From NCBI RefSeq assembly GCF_963925415.1, contig NZ_CAWUTS010000026.1:1776-65775 (forward strand): DNA of 64,000 nucleotides, given 5' to 3'. The notes under the pieces are model-generated. The model was not told the origin of the DNA and did not search any database. It worked only from the letters and a program-made list of their open reading frames with translations. The DNA is from an uncultured Flavobacterium sp. Lineage in GTDB: Bacteria > Bacteroidota > Bacteroidia > Flavobacteriales > Flavobacteriaceae. A program made the position numbers and the translations under genes. Below are positions 16,101-26,227 of the stretch, in pieces. Position 1 is the stretch's first letter, and every line of letters begins with the position of its first letter.

Positions 16101-16129
16101 TAAAACAAATAATTAAACTAAATTATACG

Positions 16130-18394
16130 ATGGTATTTGATATTAAAATGATTCAAAAAGTATATGCATCTATGGCAGAACGAGTTGATAAAGCTCGTGA
16201 AATAGTAGCACATCCATTAACCTTGTCGGAAAAGATATTATATTCCCATCTTTGGGAAGGATCTCCATCAACTGCTTTTGCTAGAGGTAAAGACTATGTT
16301 GACTTTGCTCCAGATAGAGTAGCGTGTCAAGATGCAACAGCTCAAATGGCTTTGTTGCAATTTATGCATGCCAATAAAAAAACTGTTGCAGTTCCAACTA
16401 CCGTTCACTGTGATCACCTAATTTTAGCTAAAGATGGTGCTAAATCTGATTTAGCTTTGGCAAATAATCAATCTAAAGAGGTTTTTGACTTTCTTTCATC
16501 TGTTTCAGATAAATACGGAATCGGTTTTTGGAAACCAGGTTCTGGAATTATACATCAAATTGTATTAGAAAATTATGCTTTTCCAGGAGGAATGATGATC
16601 GGTACTGATTCTCATACTGTTAATGCAGGTGGATTAGGTATGCTAGCAATTGGTGTTGGTGGAGCAGATGCGGTTGATGTAATGTCTGGAATGTCATGGG
16701 AATTAAAATTTCCAAAATTAATTGGAGTTAAGTTAACAGGTAAATTATCAGGTTGGACAGCGCCTAAAGATGTAATTCTTAAAGTTGCTGATATTCTTAC
16801 AGTAAAAGGTGGTACAGGTGCTATAGTTGAGTATTTTGGAGAAGGAGCTACATCAATGTCTTGTACCGGTAAGGGAACAATATGTAATATGGGTGCCGAA
16901 ATAGGAGCTACAACCTCTACTTTTGGTTACGATGATTCTATGCGTAGGTATTTAGCAGCAACTGGTCGTCAAGATGTTGTAGATGCAGCTGATCAAGTAG
17001 CTGACTATCTTACAGCAGATTCTGAAGTTTATGCAAATCCTGAATTGTATTTTGACCAATTAATAGAAATTAACTTATCAGAATTAGAACCACATATAAA
17101 CGGCCCTTTTACGCCAGACAGAGGTACTCCAATTTCAAAAATGAAAGAGGAAGCAAAAGCCAACGATTGGCCACTAAAAATTGAATGGGGATTAATAGGG
17201 TCTTGTACAAACTCTTCTTACGAAGATATGTCAAGAGCTGCATCTATAGTTCAACAAGCTGTTGATAATGGAATTACTCCAAAAGCTGAATTTGGTATAA
17301 ATCCAGGTTCAGAACAAATTAGATTTACCATAGAAAGAGATGGTATTATAGCTACTTTTGAAAAAATGGGAACTAAAGTTTTCACAAATGCTTGTGGACC
17401 TTGTATAGGTCAATGGGATAGAGCAGGAGCAGACAAACAAGAAAAAAACACCATTGTACATTCGTTTAATAGAAATTTTTCTAAACGTGCCGATGGTAAC
17501 CCTAATACACACGCCTTTGTAACTTCACCAGAAATGGTTGCAGCTTTAGCAATTTCAGGAAGGTTAGATTTTAACCCTTTAACAGATACCTTAATTAACG
17601 ACAAAGGGGAAGAAGTAATGCTACAAACCCCTTATGGTGATGAATTGCCAAAAAGAGGTTTTGATGTAGAAGATGCAGGTTTTCAAGCTCCAGCTGCAGA
17701 TGGAAGTGCTATTCAAGTAGCGGTTTCTGAAACATCAGACAGATTACAATTACTAACACCTTTTGATGCTTGGAACGAAAAAAACATTACAGGTGCTAAA
17801 TTGTTAATCAAAGCATTTGGAAAATGTACAACTGATCATATTTCAATGGCAGGGCCATGGTTGCGTTTTCGTGGTCATTTAGATAATATTTCAAATAATA
17901 TGTTGATTGGAGCAGTAAATGCTTTTGGTCAAGCAACTAATAAAGTTAAAAATCAATTAACAGGTAACTTTGATACTGTTCCTGCAACAGCAAGAGCCTA
18001 TAAAGCAGCAGGTGTTCCTACAATAGTTGTGGGTGATCATAATTATGGTGAGGGTTCTTCTCGTGAACATGCTGCAATGGAACCACGATTTTTAGGTGTA
18101 AAAGCTGTTTTGGTTAAATCATTTGCTCGTATTCATGAAACTAACCTTAAAAAGCAAGGAATGCTTGGTTTAACTTTTAAAAATGAAGCTGATTATGATA
18201 AAATACAAGAAGATGATACAATCAACTTCTTAGATTTAATTTCTTTTGCTCCAGGTAAACCTTTAACATTAGAATTTGTTCATGCAGATGGTTCAAAAGA
18301 TTTAATTCTTTCAAATCATACATACAATGACAGCCAAATAGAATGGTTTAAAGCAGGTTCTGCTTTAAATTTAATTGCAGCAGGGAAAGCCTAA
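16130..18394 (+). CDS. acnA: Aconitate hydratase (mitochondrial-like, 754 aa)
   Basis: [47 protein letters not shown]. Confidence 0.96.
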   Translation: MVFDIKMIQKVYASMAERVDKAREIVAHPLTLSEKILYSHLWEGSPSTAFARGKDYVDFAPDRVACQDATAQMALLQFMHANKKTVAVPTTVHCDHLILAKDGAKSDLALANNQSKEVFDFLSSVSDKYGIGFWKPGSGIIHQIVLENYAFPGGMMIGTDSHTVNAGGLGMLAIGVGGADAVDVMSGMSWELKFPKLIGVKLTGKLSGWTAPKDVILKVADILTVKGGTGAIVEYFGEGATSMSCTGKGTICNMGAEIGATTSTFGYDDSMRRYLAATGRQDVVDAADQVADYLTADSEVYANPELYFDQLIEINLSELEPHINGPFTPDRGTPISKMKEEAKANDWPLKIEWGLIGSCTNSSYEDMSRAASIVQQAVDNGITPKAEFGINPGSEQIRFTIERDGIIATFEKMGTKVFTNACGPCIGQWDRAGADKQEKNTIVHSFNRNFSKRADGNPNTHAFVTSPEMVAALAISGRLDFNPLTDTLINDKGEEVMLQTPYGDELPKRGFDVEDAGFQAPAADGSAIQVAVSETSDRLQLLTPFDAWNEKNITGAKLLIKAFGKCTTDHISMAGPWLRFRGHLDNISNNMLIGAVNAFGQATNKVKNQLTGNFDTVPATARAYKAAGVPTIVVGDHNYGEGSSREHAAMEPRFLGVKAVLVKSFARIHETNLKKQGMLGLTFKNEADYDKIQEDDTINFLDLISFAPGKPLTLEFVHADGSKDLILSNHTYNDSQIEWFKAGSALNLIAAGKA

Positions 18395-18481
18395 TTTTTT
18401 CCTAAATAACAAAAAATATCCCTTTCTTTAATAATAGTTAGGGTTTTTTTTTGTTCAAAAATAATTGGTACTTTAATATAT

Positions 18482-18523
18482 TAAAAAGGCCGCCTTCATT
18501 TTTTATTGAGGGCGGCCTTTTTA
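18482..18523. terminator. Bidirectional terminator between aconitase and GAPDH
   Basis: TAAAAAGGCCGCC ... GGCGGCCTTTTTA inverted repeat. Confidence 0.85.
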
Positions 18524-18544
18524 GTTTTGAATTATAATCAACTA

Positions 18545-19993
18545 CTAGTAATAAGTAAATCGTCTTACTTTTGCAACATATTTTGCTAAACGAATAACTT
18601 GATGACTATAGCCATATTCATTATCATACCACACATATAAAACAATATTTTTGCCGTCTTTAGAAACAATTGTGGCATTGCTGTCAAATATAGAAGGAGC
18701 AGAAGTTCCAATAATATCAGATGACACTAGTTCGTTACTTAAAGAGTATTTTATTTGTTCTACTAAACCTCCTTCAAGGGCATACTTTTTCATAATATTA
18801 TTAACTTCTTCAATCGAAGTTTCTTTACCAACCTCTAAATTTAATACCACCAGCGAGCCATTAGGTACTGGAACACGAATGGCATTAGAAGTTAATTTTC
18901 CTGCTAAATTTGGCAATGCTTTAGCAACGGCAGCACCAGCACCAGTTTCTGTAATTACCATATTTAATGCAGCAGCACGACCTCTTCTGTATTTTTTATG
19001 CATGTTATCTACAAGGTTTTGATCATTTGTATACGAATGTATCGTTTCTAAATGACCTTTAACAACACCCATAGTGTCTTCAACTGCTTTTAAAATAGGC
19101 GTAATAGCATTAGTTGTACAAGAGGCTGCTGAAAAAATGTCGATTTCATCAGGGTCATATTCATCATGATTTACACCATAAACAATATTAGGAATTCCTT
19201 TTCCTGGAGCAGTTAATATAACTTTACTTACTCCTTTTGAACTTAAATGTCTTTTTAAAGCTTCCTCATCTGTAAATGCTCCTGTGTTGTCAATTACCAA
19301 AGCATCGTTAATGCCATATAGGGTATAATCAATTTCTTCTGGACCATTTGCAGAAATCATATGAACGGTTGTTCCGTTTATGATTAAAGCTTTATTTTCT
19401 GCATCGGCTTCAACAGAACCTTCAAAATCGCCATGTACCGAATCATTTCGTAGCAAAGAAGCCCTTTTTTCTAAAACAGTTACATCATCTTTATCACGTG
19501 TAACAATGGCACGCAAGCGCAATTGTTGTCCTTTGCCTATTTTGCTCATCATTTCACGAGCTAATAATCGACCAATTCTACCAAATCCATAAAGAACTAC
19601 ATCTTTTGGCTTTATTTCAATTGTGTTTTTTGCGTTTTTTAACTTGTCAATTACAAAAGCTTTTGAATTGTTGTATTTAGAATCTTCTAAATGATATTCA
19701 TAAGTTAGTTTTCCAATATCAATTTTTGAGGGAGGCAAATCTAGACTGTTAATAGCTAAAGCAATTTCTACAGAATCAAAAATATGAATTGGTTTTTGAA
19801 CAAATGCACCTGCATATTCGTGTAAATTCATAATATCACTTACGTTTCTATCAATCAATTGATTTCTAAATATAACTAATTCAATTGATTTGTCATACCA
19901 TAAATCGCTGACAATTTTTATGAATTCTACACCTGCTTTTCTTCGATCTGCCTGAAAAGAAAGTTCTTTTTCGTATAAATTGATATTACTCAT
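18545..19993 (-). CDS. gap: Glyceraldehyde-3-phosphate dehydrogenase, long form with N-terminal extension
   Basis: GFGRIGR, SAASCTTNA, WYDNEYGY; ATG at 19993 lies downstream of a TAnnTTTG element. Confidence 0.95.
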   Translation of the reverse strand: MSNINLYEKELSFQADRRKAGVEFIKIVSDLWYDKSIELVIFRNQLIDRNVSDIMNLHEYAGAFVQKPIHIFDSVEIALAINSLDLPPSKIDIGKLTYEYHLEDSKYNNSKAFVIDKLKNAKNTIEIKPKDVVLYGFGRIGRLLAREMMSKIGKGQQLRLRAIVTRDKDDVTVLEKRASLLRNDSVHGDFEGSVEADAENKALIINGTTVHMISANGPEEIDYTLYGINDALVIDNTGAFTDEEALKRHLSSKGVSKVILTAPGKGIPNIVYGVNHDEYDPDEIDIFSAASCTTNAITPILKAVEDTMGVVKGHLETIHSYTNDQNLVDNMHKKYRRGRAAALNMVITETGAGAAVAKALPNLAGKLTSNAIRVPVPNGSLVVLNLEVGKETSIEEVNNIMKKYALEGGLVEQIKYSLSNELVSSDIIGTSAPSIFDSNATIVSKDGKNIVLYVWYDNEYGYSHQVIRLAKYVAKVRRFTYY

Positions 19994-20028
19994 AAATAAA
20001 TTATAGATTAATTTTATATATTTTTTTG

Positions 20029-20059
20029 CAAAAGTATATATTTCAAACGTTTTCGTAAA
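20029..20059 (-). promoter_or_regulatory. GAPDH promoter -7 element with an adjacent LacI-like operator
   Basis: TACTTTTG on minus strand (20036-20029); AACGTTTTCGTAAA at 20046-20059, identical to the aconitase promoter site. Confidence 0.6.
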
Positions 20060-20141
20060 ACATATTGACACTTATTTATAAAAAAATAACATAATATAAA
20101 TAAATTGTTTGACGCTTTGATAAAATTAGTTGCTTTAACGT

Positions 20142-21530
20142 TTAATTGATAATTATTTGAGTTAACTCTCCATCTTTTGTAATTAATTTATAAATAGCTT
20201 TTGATGTTTTCTTTTGGTTTAAATAGCTGGAAACGGTTTCAATATCAATGACTTTTATTTGATCTATAGACAAAACAATACTGCCTTCTAAAATGCTTTT
20301 GTATTCTTTGTATTTTTCATTGTTTACGGTTTTAATTTTTATTCCATAATCTAAATTATAATTTTCTCTATCTGCATCAGAAATGTTTTCAAATTCAATT
20401 TTATTAAATTCATATGTTGTATTTTCGGTTTTAATCAATTTTACAGAAATTGTTTTTAACTCTCCATCTCTCAATACCCCTACATTTAATGACTCGTTAG
20501 GCCTTTTAGTTTGGATAGTAGATGATAAATCAGACATGTTTTTAATTTTTTTATTATTTAATAGGGTAATAATATCTCCTTTTTTTATACCTGCTTTTTG
20601 AGCACCTGAATTTTTGGATACTTTATTTATATAAATACCTTGAGTTTGCTTTATTCCCAAACTTTTTGATATTTCTCCAGTTAATTCAATTCCTTCGATT
20701 CCCAGCGCACCCCTTTGAACATTACCAAACTGCATTAAATCTTCAACAATTTTTCGAGTAATGTTAGAGGGAACAGCAAATGAATATCCTACATATGACC
20801 CCGTTTGTGATGAAATCATGGTATTAATGCCAATCAATTCTCCTTTTATGTTTACCAAAGCGCCTCCAGAATTTCCAGGATTAACAGCAGCATCTGTTTG
20901 AATAAATGATTGTATGCCTCTATTGCTTAGATCTCTTGCTTTTGCCGAAACAATACCTGCTGTAACGGTAGAAGTCAGATTATAGGGGTTTCCTACAGCT
21001 AAAACCCATTCTCCAACTTTTATTTCATCTGAATCGCCAAAAACAGTAAAAGGTAATTTTTCATCTGAATCAATTTTTAATAATGCGATATCCATTTTTG
21101 AATCGGTTCCTACGAGTTTTGCTTTGTATGATTTATTATCGTTCATCGTTACCTCAATTTCACTAGCGTTTTGAATTACGTGATTGTTTGTTACAATAAA
21201 ACCGTCTTCACTGATAATAACACCAGAGCCTGTTCCAACTTGTGTTTGTTCTTGATTTCCGCCACGACCATTTCCGAAGAAATATTCAAAAGAATCTCGA
21301 TACACTTTTTGAGTCGATATATTTTTAACATGAACTACACTGTGAACGGCACTTTCTGCAGCACTCGTAAAATCAATTGATTCAGCTTCTAAGTTTACAT
21401 TTTTTGAATAATTGGGTGAAACAGTTGTTGCGCTATTGCTTTTAACTTTATCAAAAAATAGTTTATAAGCACTCAATGTAATTACACCACTCATAATCGA
21501 CAACAATAATAAACTTCCAAATTTTTTCAT
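20142..21530 (-). CDS. HtrA/DegP-family serine protease with PDZ domains
   Basis: GSGVII, TNNHV, DIALLK, QTDAAVNPGNSGGAL. Confidence 0.95.
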   Translation of the reverse strand: MKKFGSLLLLSIMSGVITLSAYKLFFDKVKSNSATTVSPNYSKNVNLEAESIDFTSAAESAVHSVVHVKNISTQKVYRDSFEYFFGNGRGGNQEQTQVGTGSGVIISEDGFIVTNNHVIQNASEIEVTMNDNKSYKAKLVGTDSKMDIALLKIDSDEKLPFTVFGDSDEIKVGEWVLAVGNPYNLTSTVTAGIVSAKARDLSNRGIQSFIQTDAAVNPGNSGGALVNIKGELIGINTMISSQTGSYVGYSFAVPSNITRKIVEDLMQFGNVQRGALGIEGIELTGEISKSLGIKQTQGIYINKVSKNSGAQKAGIKKGDIITLLNNKKIKNMSDLSSTIQTKRPNESLNVGVLRDGELKTISVKLIKTENTTYEFNKIEFENISDADRENYNLDYGIKIKTVNNEKYKEYKSILEGSIVLSIDQIKVIDIETVSSYLNQKKTSKAIYKLITKDGELTQIIIN

Positions 21531-21664
21531 AAGTAACTTTGTATTAAATTAAATGATTAAGTAAAATTATTAATTCTATTAGATAAAAAAATCTGTTTAA
21601 CGCACACTTAACAATCTTTAACATCTTATTAATATTTTGTACTTTTGTATTAACATAATTTTAT

Positions 21665-22447
21665 ATGAACATACAATTTTATAAATATCAAGGTACAGGA
21701 AACGATTTTGTGATGCTTGATAACAGACAAAATTTATTTCCCAAAAACAATACCAAACTTATTGCGCAGCTGTGTGATCGAAAATTTGGCGTGGGCGCTG
21801 ATGGTTTAATTTTATTAGAAACCCATCCTACTTTAGACTTTAAAATGGTCTACTATAATTCTGACGGAAATGAAAGTACCATGTGTGGAAATGGCGGAAG
21901 ATGTTTGGTTGCTTTTGCAAAAAAAATGAACGTTGTTAAAAATAGTGCTTCTTTTGAAGCGATTGATGGGTATCACTATGCCACTATTGATGCTGATGAA
22001 GTTGTATCGCTTCAAATGAAAGATGTGAAAGATATTAAAATTGAAAAAAATTATACATTTTTAAATACAGGTTCACCACATCATATTGAACTGGTAGACG
22101 ATTTAATAAGTATAGATGTCAAAAGTCGAGGTTCAAAAATAAGATTTTCAGAATTGTATAAAAAGGAAGGAAGTAATATAAATTTTGTTCATCAAATAAA
22201 AAACAACACCTTTAAAATTCGCACCTATGAGCGTGGCGTTGAAGATGAAACGTTGTCATGTGGAACAGGTGCTACAGCAGTTGCAATAGCGATGTTTCAA
22301 ACAAACAAAACAGATTGTAAAGAAATAAACGTATTAGTAGAAGGAGGCGAATTAAAAGTTAAATTTGAAATTGAAAACAATATATTTACCCATGTTTTTT
22401 TAACTGGCCCTGCCGTTTTTGTTTTTGAAGGAATTTTAACTTTTTAA
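21665..22447 (+). CDS. dapF: Diaminopimelate epimerase
   Basis: GTGNDF, MCGNGGRC, GSPH, ERGVEDETLSCGTG. Confidence 0.97.
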   Translation: MNIQFYKYQGTGNDFVMLDNRQNLFPKNNTKLIAQLCDRKFGVGADGLILLETHPTLDFKMVYYNSDGNESTMCGNGGRCLVAFAKKMNVVKNSASFEAIDGYHYATIDADEVVSLQMKDVKDIKIEKNYTFLNTGSPHHIELVDDLISIDVKSRGSKIRFSELYKKEGSNINFVHQIKNNTFKIRTYERGVEDETLSCGTGATAVAIAMFQTNKTDCKEINVLVEGGELKVKFEIENNIFTHVFLTGPAVFVFEGILTF

Positions 22448-22463
22448 TTTAAAATAAAGTAGT

Positions 22464-22553
22464 ATGATGGCAATTTTTGTTGTGTTTTTAATTTTACTAA
22501 TGCTTGTTGTAGGCACAGCAGTGGCTGTTTTATTTAACAAGAAAAACAAATAA
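22464..22553 (+). CDS. Putative 29-aa single-pass membrane peptide (not in the ORF track)
   Basis: MMAIFVVFLILLMLVVGTAVAVLFNKKNK*; fills the dapF-GNAT gap; hydrophobic helix plus basic tail. Confidence 0.55.
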   Translation: MMAIFVVFLILLMLVVGTAVAVLFNKKNK

Positions 22554-22556
22554 CAC

Positions 22557-23105
22557 TTGATAACATTAAAAGGAAATTCAGTTTTTTTAAGAGCATTAGA
22601 GCCAAACGATTTGGAATTTATATACACCATAGAAAATGATGAGTCTATATGGAGTGTAAGCAATACTCAAGCTCCATATAGCCGTTTTGTATTGAAACAA
22701 TATTTAGAAAATGCCCATCAAGATATTTTTGAAGCGAAACAATTGAGGTTGGCTATTTGTTTGATTAATTCAAATAATGCTATTGGATTAATTGATTTAT
22801 TTGACTTTGATCCGTTACATAATAGAGCAGGAATCGGAATTGTAATTCACAACGACAATTATAAAAAGTTAGGATATGGATCAGAAGCATTAAGATTGCT
22901 AATTAATTATAGTTTTTTTCAATTGCAACTGCATCAAATTTATGCAAATATTAGTACTGAAAATAAAAGTAGTATTGATCTTTTTACTAAATTTGAATTT
23001 GAATTAGTAGGCATAAAAAAACAATGGAATAAGGTCAATAATCAATATAAAGATGAAGCCTTTTACCAATTAATTAACACGAAATATCAAGACTTTGAAC
23101 TTTAA
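22557..23105 (+). CDS. GNAT acetyltransferase (RimJ/SpeG-like)
   Basis: LRALEPND, GYGSEAL, NKSSIDLF..FE.VG. Confidence 0.88.
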   Translation: MITLKGNSVFLRALEPNDLEFIYTIENDESIWSVSNTQAPYSRFVLKQYLENAHQDIFEAKQLRLAICLINSNNAIGLIDLFDFDPLHNRAGIGIVIHNDNYKKLGYGSEALRLLINYSFFQLQLHQIYANISTENKSSIDLFTKFEFELVGIKKQWNKVNNQYKDEAFYQLINTKYQDFEL

Positions 23106-24138
23106 AAAATTAATTTCTATAGCCACAATTGCAAGTGTTTTTATTCTTGGAATTGTAACTTATTACTTATACAATAAGGCATTTACGGCTAACACGACTT
23201 TTACACAAAACGAAGTTTTTGTATTTATACCCTCAAACTCCACCTATGAACAAGTAAAAAAAATTTTAGATCCTTTTATAAAAGACATGGATAAACTTGA
23301 TTTTGTATCTCATAAAAGAAATTATGAAGCCAATGTTAAGTCGGGAAAATTTTTATTAGTAAAGAACATGACTTCTTTTGATGTTATACAAGCTTTGCGA
23401 AATAATATTCCAGTTAAAGTAGTATTTAACAATCAAGAAAGTTTAGAAAAACTAGTTCAGCGATTAACTACTCAAGTTGAACCGAATGGCCCCAGTTTAA
23501 TTAAAGCATTTACAAATCCTGCTTTTATGAAAGAAAATGGATTTAATGAAGAAACTATTTTAGCTCTTTTTATTCCAAATACCTATGAATTTTTTTGGAA
23601 TACCAGCGCGGAAAAGATTGCAAAAAAAATGGTAAAAAACTACCATAATTTTTGGAACAACGAACGAAAAGCTAAAGCATTTGAAAAAAATTTAACACCT
23701 ATTCAAGTGTCGGTATTAGCATCTATTGTTCATAAAGAAACAGTAAAAGTAAGCGAAAGACCCTTAATAGCAGGCGTTTATCTAAACCGATTAGCTCAGA
23801 ACATGCCGCTTCAAGCAGATCCAACTGTTATTTTTGCTATGAAAAAAATTTCAGGAAATTTTGATCAAATTATCAAACGTGTGTACTCTAAAGACACAAA
23901 AGGTGCAATATCTCCTTATAATACCTATATATATGTAGGCTTGCCTCCAGGACCAATATCCATGCCTGATATTTCGGCTATTGATGCTGTTTTAAATGCA
24001 GAAAAACACGACTACATATACTTTTGCGCAAGTGTTGAACGCTTTGGATATCATGATTTTGCTTCAAATTATGCGGCACATCAAGTTAATGCTAAAAAAT
24101 ATTCAATCTGGGTAAATAAAATAGGAATAAAACGATAA
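23095..24138 (+). CDS. mltG: Endolytic transglycosylase MltG
   Basis: N-terminal TM, PNTY, LASIVHKET, AGVYLNRL, LQADPT, SPYNTY..GLPPGPI. Confidence 0.95.
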   Translation: MNFKKLISIATIASVFILGIVTYYLYNKAFTANTTFTQNEVFVFIPSNSTYEQVKKILDPFIKDMDKLDFVSHKRNYEANVKSGKFLLVKNMTSFDVIQALRNNIPVKVVFNNQESLEKLVQRLTTQVEPNGPSLIKAFTNPAFMKENGFNEETILALFIPNTYEFFWNTSAEKIAKKMVKNYHNFWNNERKAKAFEKNLTPIQVSVLASIVHKETVKVSERPLIAGVYLNRLAQNMPLQADPTVIFAMKKISGNFDQIIKRVYSKDTKGAISPYNTYIYVGLPPGPISMPDISAIDAVLNAEKHDYIYFCASVERFGYHDFASNYAAHQVNAKKYSIWVNKIGIKR

Positions 24139-24338
24139 AAAACAAGATTTTTCCTTTTTTTTAAAACTGTTTTACACTAAATTTCGATCTCATTAAGAGT
24201 TAAAAAAGGGGACTAACACACTGTGTTTACTTCGTTTAACGAAATTTAACACACTGAAAATCAATTAAATAATATTTTTTGTATATTTGCATGCTGAATT
24301 AATAAGAATGTTAAACCTTTTTATTTAATCAAACGAAA

Positions 24339-24983
24339 ATGAAAAAATATATATTTTTTATAAGTTTTATAAGTTCTCTTGCTTTAGCCTTTTTTGGTTT
24401 TAGCAGCTTTAAAATTGTTAAAGTAGATGGATTTCACATCAATTATGATGAAGTAATTAATTATCATGTTCCTACAAAAGGTGAAACTGATAAAATGGAA
24501 TCCGTAACAAAAATTCCTTATGTAGGAAAAACATTTATAGGTTTTAGACAAGCACTAGCTTTTAGAGAGTCTAGAGGAAAATCTAATTTGATAAACCCTT
24601 TTGGTTATATGGGAAAATATCAATTTGGAAAAAGCACTTTAAGAAGAATTGGTGTTTATGACTTCGATGCCTTTTTGAACAATGTAAAAATTCAAGATAA
24701 AGCATTTACTGCTCTAGTAGCTAAAAATAAGTGGGAATTGCGTAAACAAATTTCAACTTATTCAGGAAGAGTAATCAATGGAATTGAAATTACCGAATCG
24801 GGTATAATAGCAGCGGCCCATTTAGGAGGTGCTGGTTCTGTAAAAAAATATCTAAGAAGTAATGGCAATAGTGGTTTTAAAGATGGTTTTGGTACTTCAT
24901 TAAGAAGTTATATGGAGAAATTTGCTTCTTATGACATCTCTCATATTAAAGCAGATAAGAACGCAAAAGTAAAACTGGATTAA
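24339..24983 (+). CDS. Exported conserved protein, probable lysozyme-like fold
   Basis: N-terminal hydrophobic segment; LAFRESRG, GYMGKYQFG and AAAHLGGAG motifs. Confidence 0.65.
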   Translation: MKKYIFFISFISSLALAFFGFSSFKIVKVDGFHINYDEVINYHVPTKGETDKMESVTKIPYVGKTFIGFRQALAFRESRGKSNLINPFGYMGKYQFGKSTLRRIGVYDFDAFLNNVKIQDKAFTALVAKNKWELRKQISTYSGRVINGIEITESGIIAAAHLGGAGSVKKYLRSNGNSGFKDGFGTSLRSYMEKFASYDISHIKADKNAKVKLD

Positions 24984-25709
24984 TCAATACATTTTATGCA
25001 TAATAAAAATACAAGGTCGGTTATGTAAATCGACCTTGTGTTTTTTCCATTCTTTGATGGTTTTTGTCTTAATAAATTCGGTAGGTAGTGTAATGTCACA
25101 AGCAATACATAAATGCGTATTTGCCTGTAATGTTTGTAAAATATCTTCTAATATTTTATTATTTCTATAAGGTGTTTCAATAAATAGTTGCGATTGATTT
25201 TTCTCAAAAGACAATCGTTCTAAGTTTTTTAAAACTACTTTTTTTTCATCTTTATCAATAGGTAAATAGCCATTAAAAGTAAAACTTTGCCCATTCATTC
25301 CGCTGGCCATTAAGGCTAATAAAATAGAACTAGGCCCCACTAACGGAATTACTTGAATTCCTTTTTCATGTGCTAATTTTACAATTACAGCACCAGGATC
25401 AGCAATTCCAGGACAACCCGATTCGCTCAATAATCCTATATTTTCTCCATCTAATAAAGGTTTTATCATTTCAAAATGATCAGAAACTTGGGTATGTTTG
25501 TTTAATAATGAAATATGCAACGAGGGTTGTTTTTTTTCAGGATTAATACTTTTAATAAATCTACGGGCTGTTTTTTCGTTTTCAACAATGTAATAATCTA
25601 TAAAGTCAATTGTGCGTTTAATGCTTTGAGGCAAAACATCATCAGGCGAACATGTTATTTCTCCTGGGTTAGCTAACGTACACGGAATTAAATAGAGTTT
25701 GCCTAACAT
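24984..25709 (-). CDS. RsmI-like tetrapyrrole-methylase family SAM-dependent methyltransferase
   Basis: GKLYLIP, SESGCPGIADPG, VGPSS, FIETPYRN. Confidence 0.88.
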   Translation of the reverse strand: MLGKLYLIPCTLANPGEITCSPDDVLPQSIKRTIDFIDYYIVENEKTARRFIKSINPEKKQPSLHISLLNKHTQVSDHFEMIKPLLDGENIGLLSESGCPGIADPGAVIVKLAHEKGIQVIPLVGPSSILLALMASGMNGQSFTFNGYLPIDKDEKKVVLKNLERLSFEKNQSQLFIETPYRNNKILEDILQTLQANTHLCIACDITLPTEFIKTKTIKEWKKHKVDLHNRPCIFIMHKMY

Positions 25710-25771
25710 ATGATCTGATTTTTTACAAATTAAATTGTAATGTGATTTAGTTTAAAATTAACCTTAAATAT

Positions 25772-26224
25772 TTATTTTAATTTATCTGCAATTACATTAC
25801 AAGCTTTGTCTAACATTTGATATACTACTTCAAAATATTCATTACCACCATAATAAGGATCTGGAACTTCCATGTCTTTGTAAGGAGGTAATTCGTTTAA
25901 TATAAGTTTAACTTTTTGTGTCTCTTTTTTTGAAGATGTAAGTTTTATTATGTTTTCATAATTAGATTTATCCATTACATAAATATAATCAAACAATTTG
26001 AAATCATTTTTTGTAAACTGTCTGCATTTTTGATGGCTAAGATCAATACCGTGTTTTTTAGCAACAGCAATAGATCTTTTATCGGGATGGAGGCCTACAT
26101 GGTAATTAGCAGTACCAGCACTATCAACACTAATTTTTTTTGAATCAACCTTTAATTGTAAAATACCTTCTGCTAATGGAGAACGACAAATGTTTCCTAA
26201 GCAAACCATTACAACTTTAATCAT
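25772..26224 (-). CDS. Low molecular weight protein-tyrosine phosphatase
   Basis: VCLGNICRSP, DSAGT, VPDPYYG. Confidence 0.95.
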   Translation of the reverse strand: MIKVVMVCLGNICRSPLAEGILQLKVDSKKISVDSAGTANYHVGLHPDKRSIAVAKKHGIDLSHQKCRQFTKNDFKLFDYIYVMDKSNYENIIKLTSSKKETQKVKLILNELPPYKDMEVPDPYYGGNEYFEVVYQMLDKACNVIADKLK

Positions 26225-26227
26225 GAT

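Noticed and set aside
18545-19993. GAPDH N-terminal extension as a novelty
   Set aside because: Long-form (~480 aa) GAPDHs are a known subfamily
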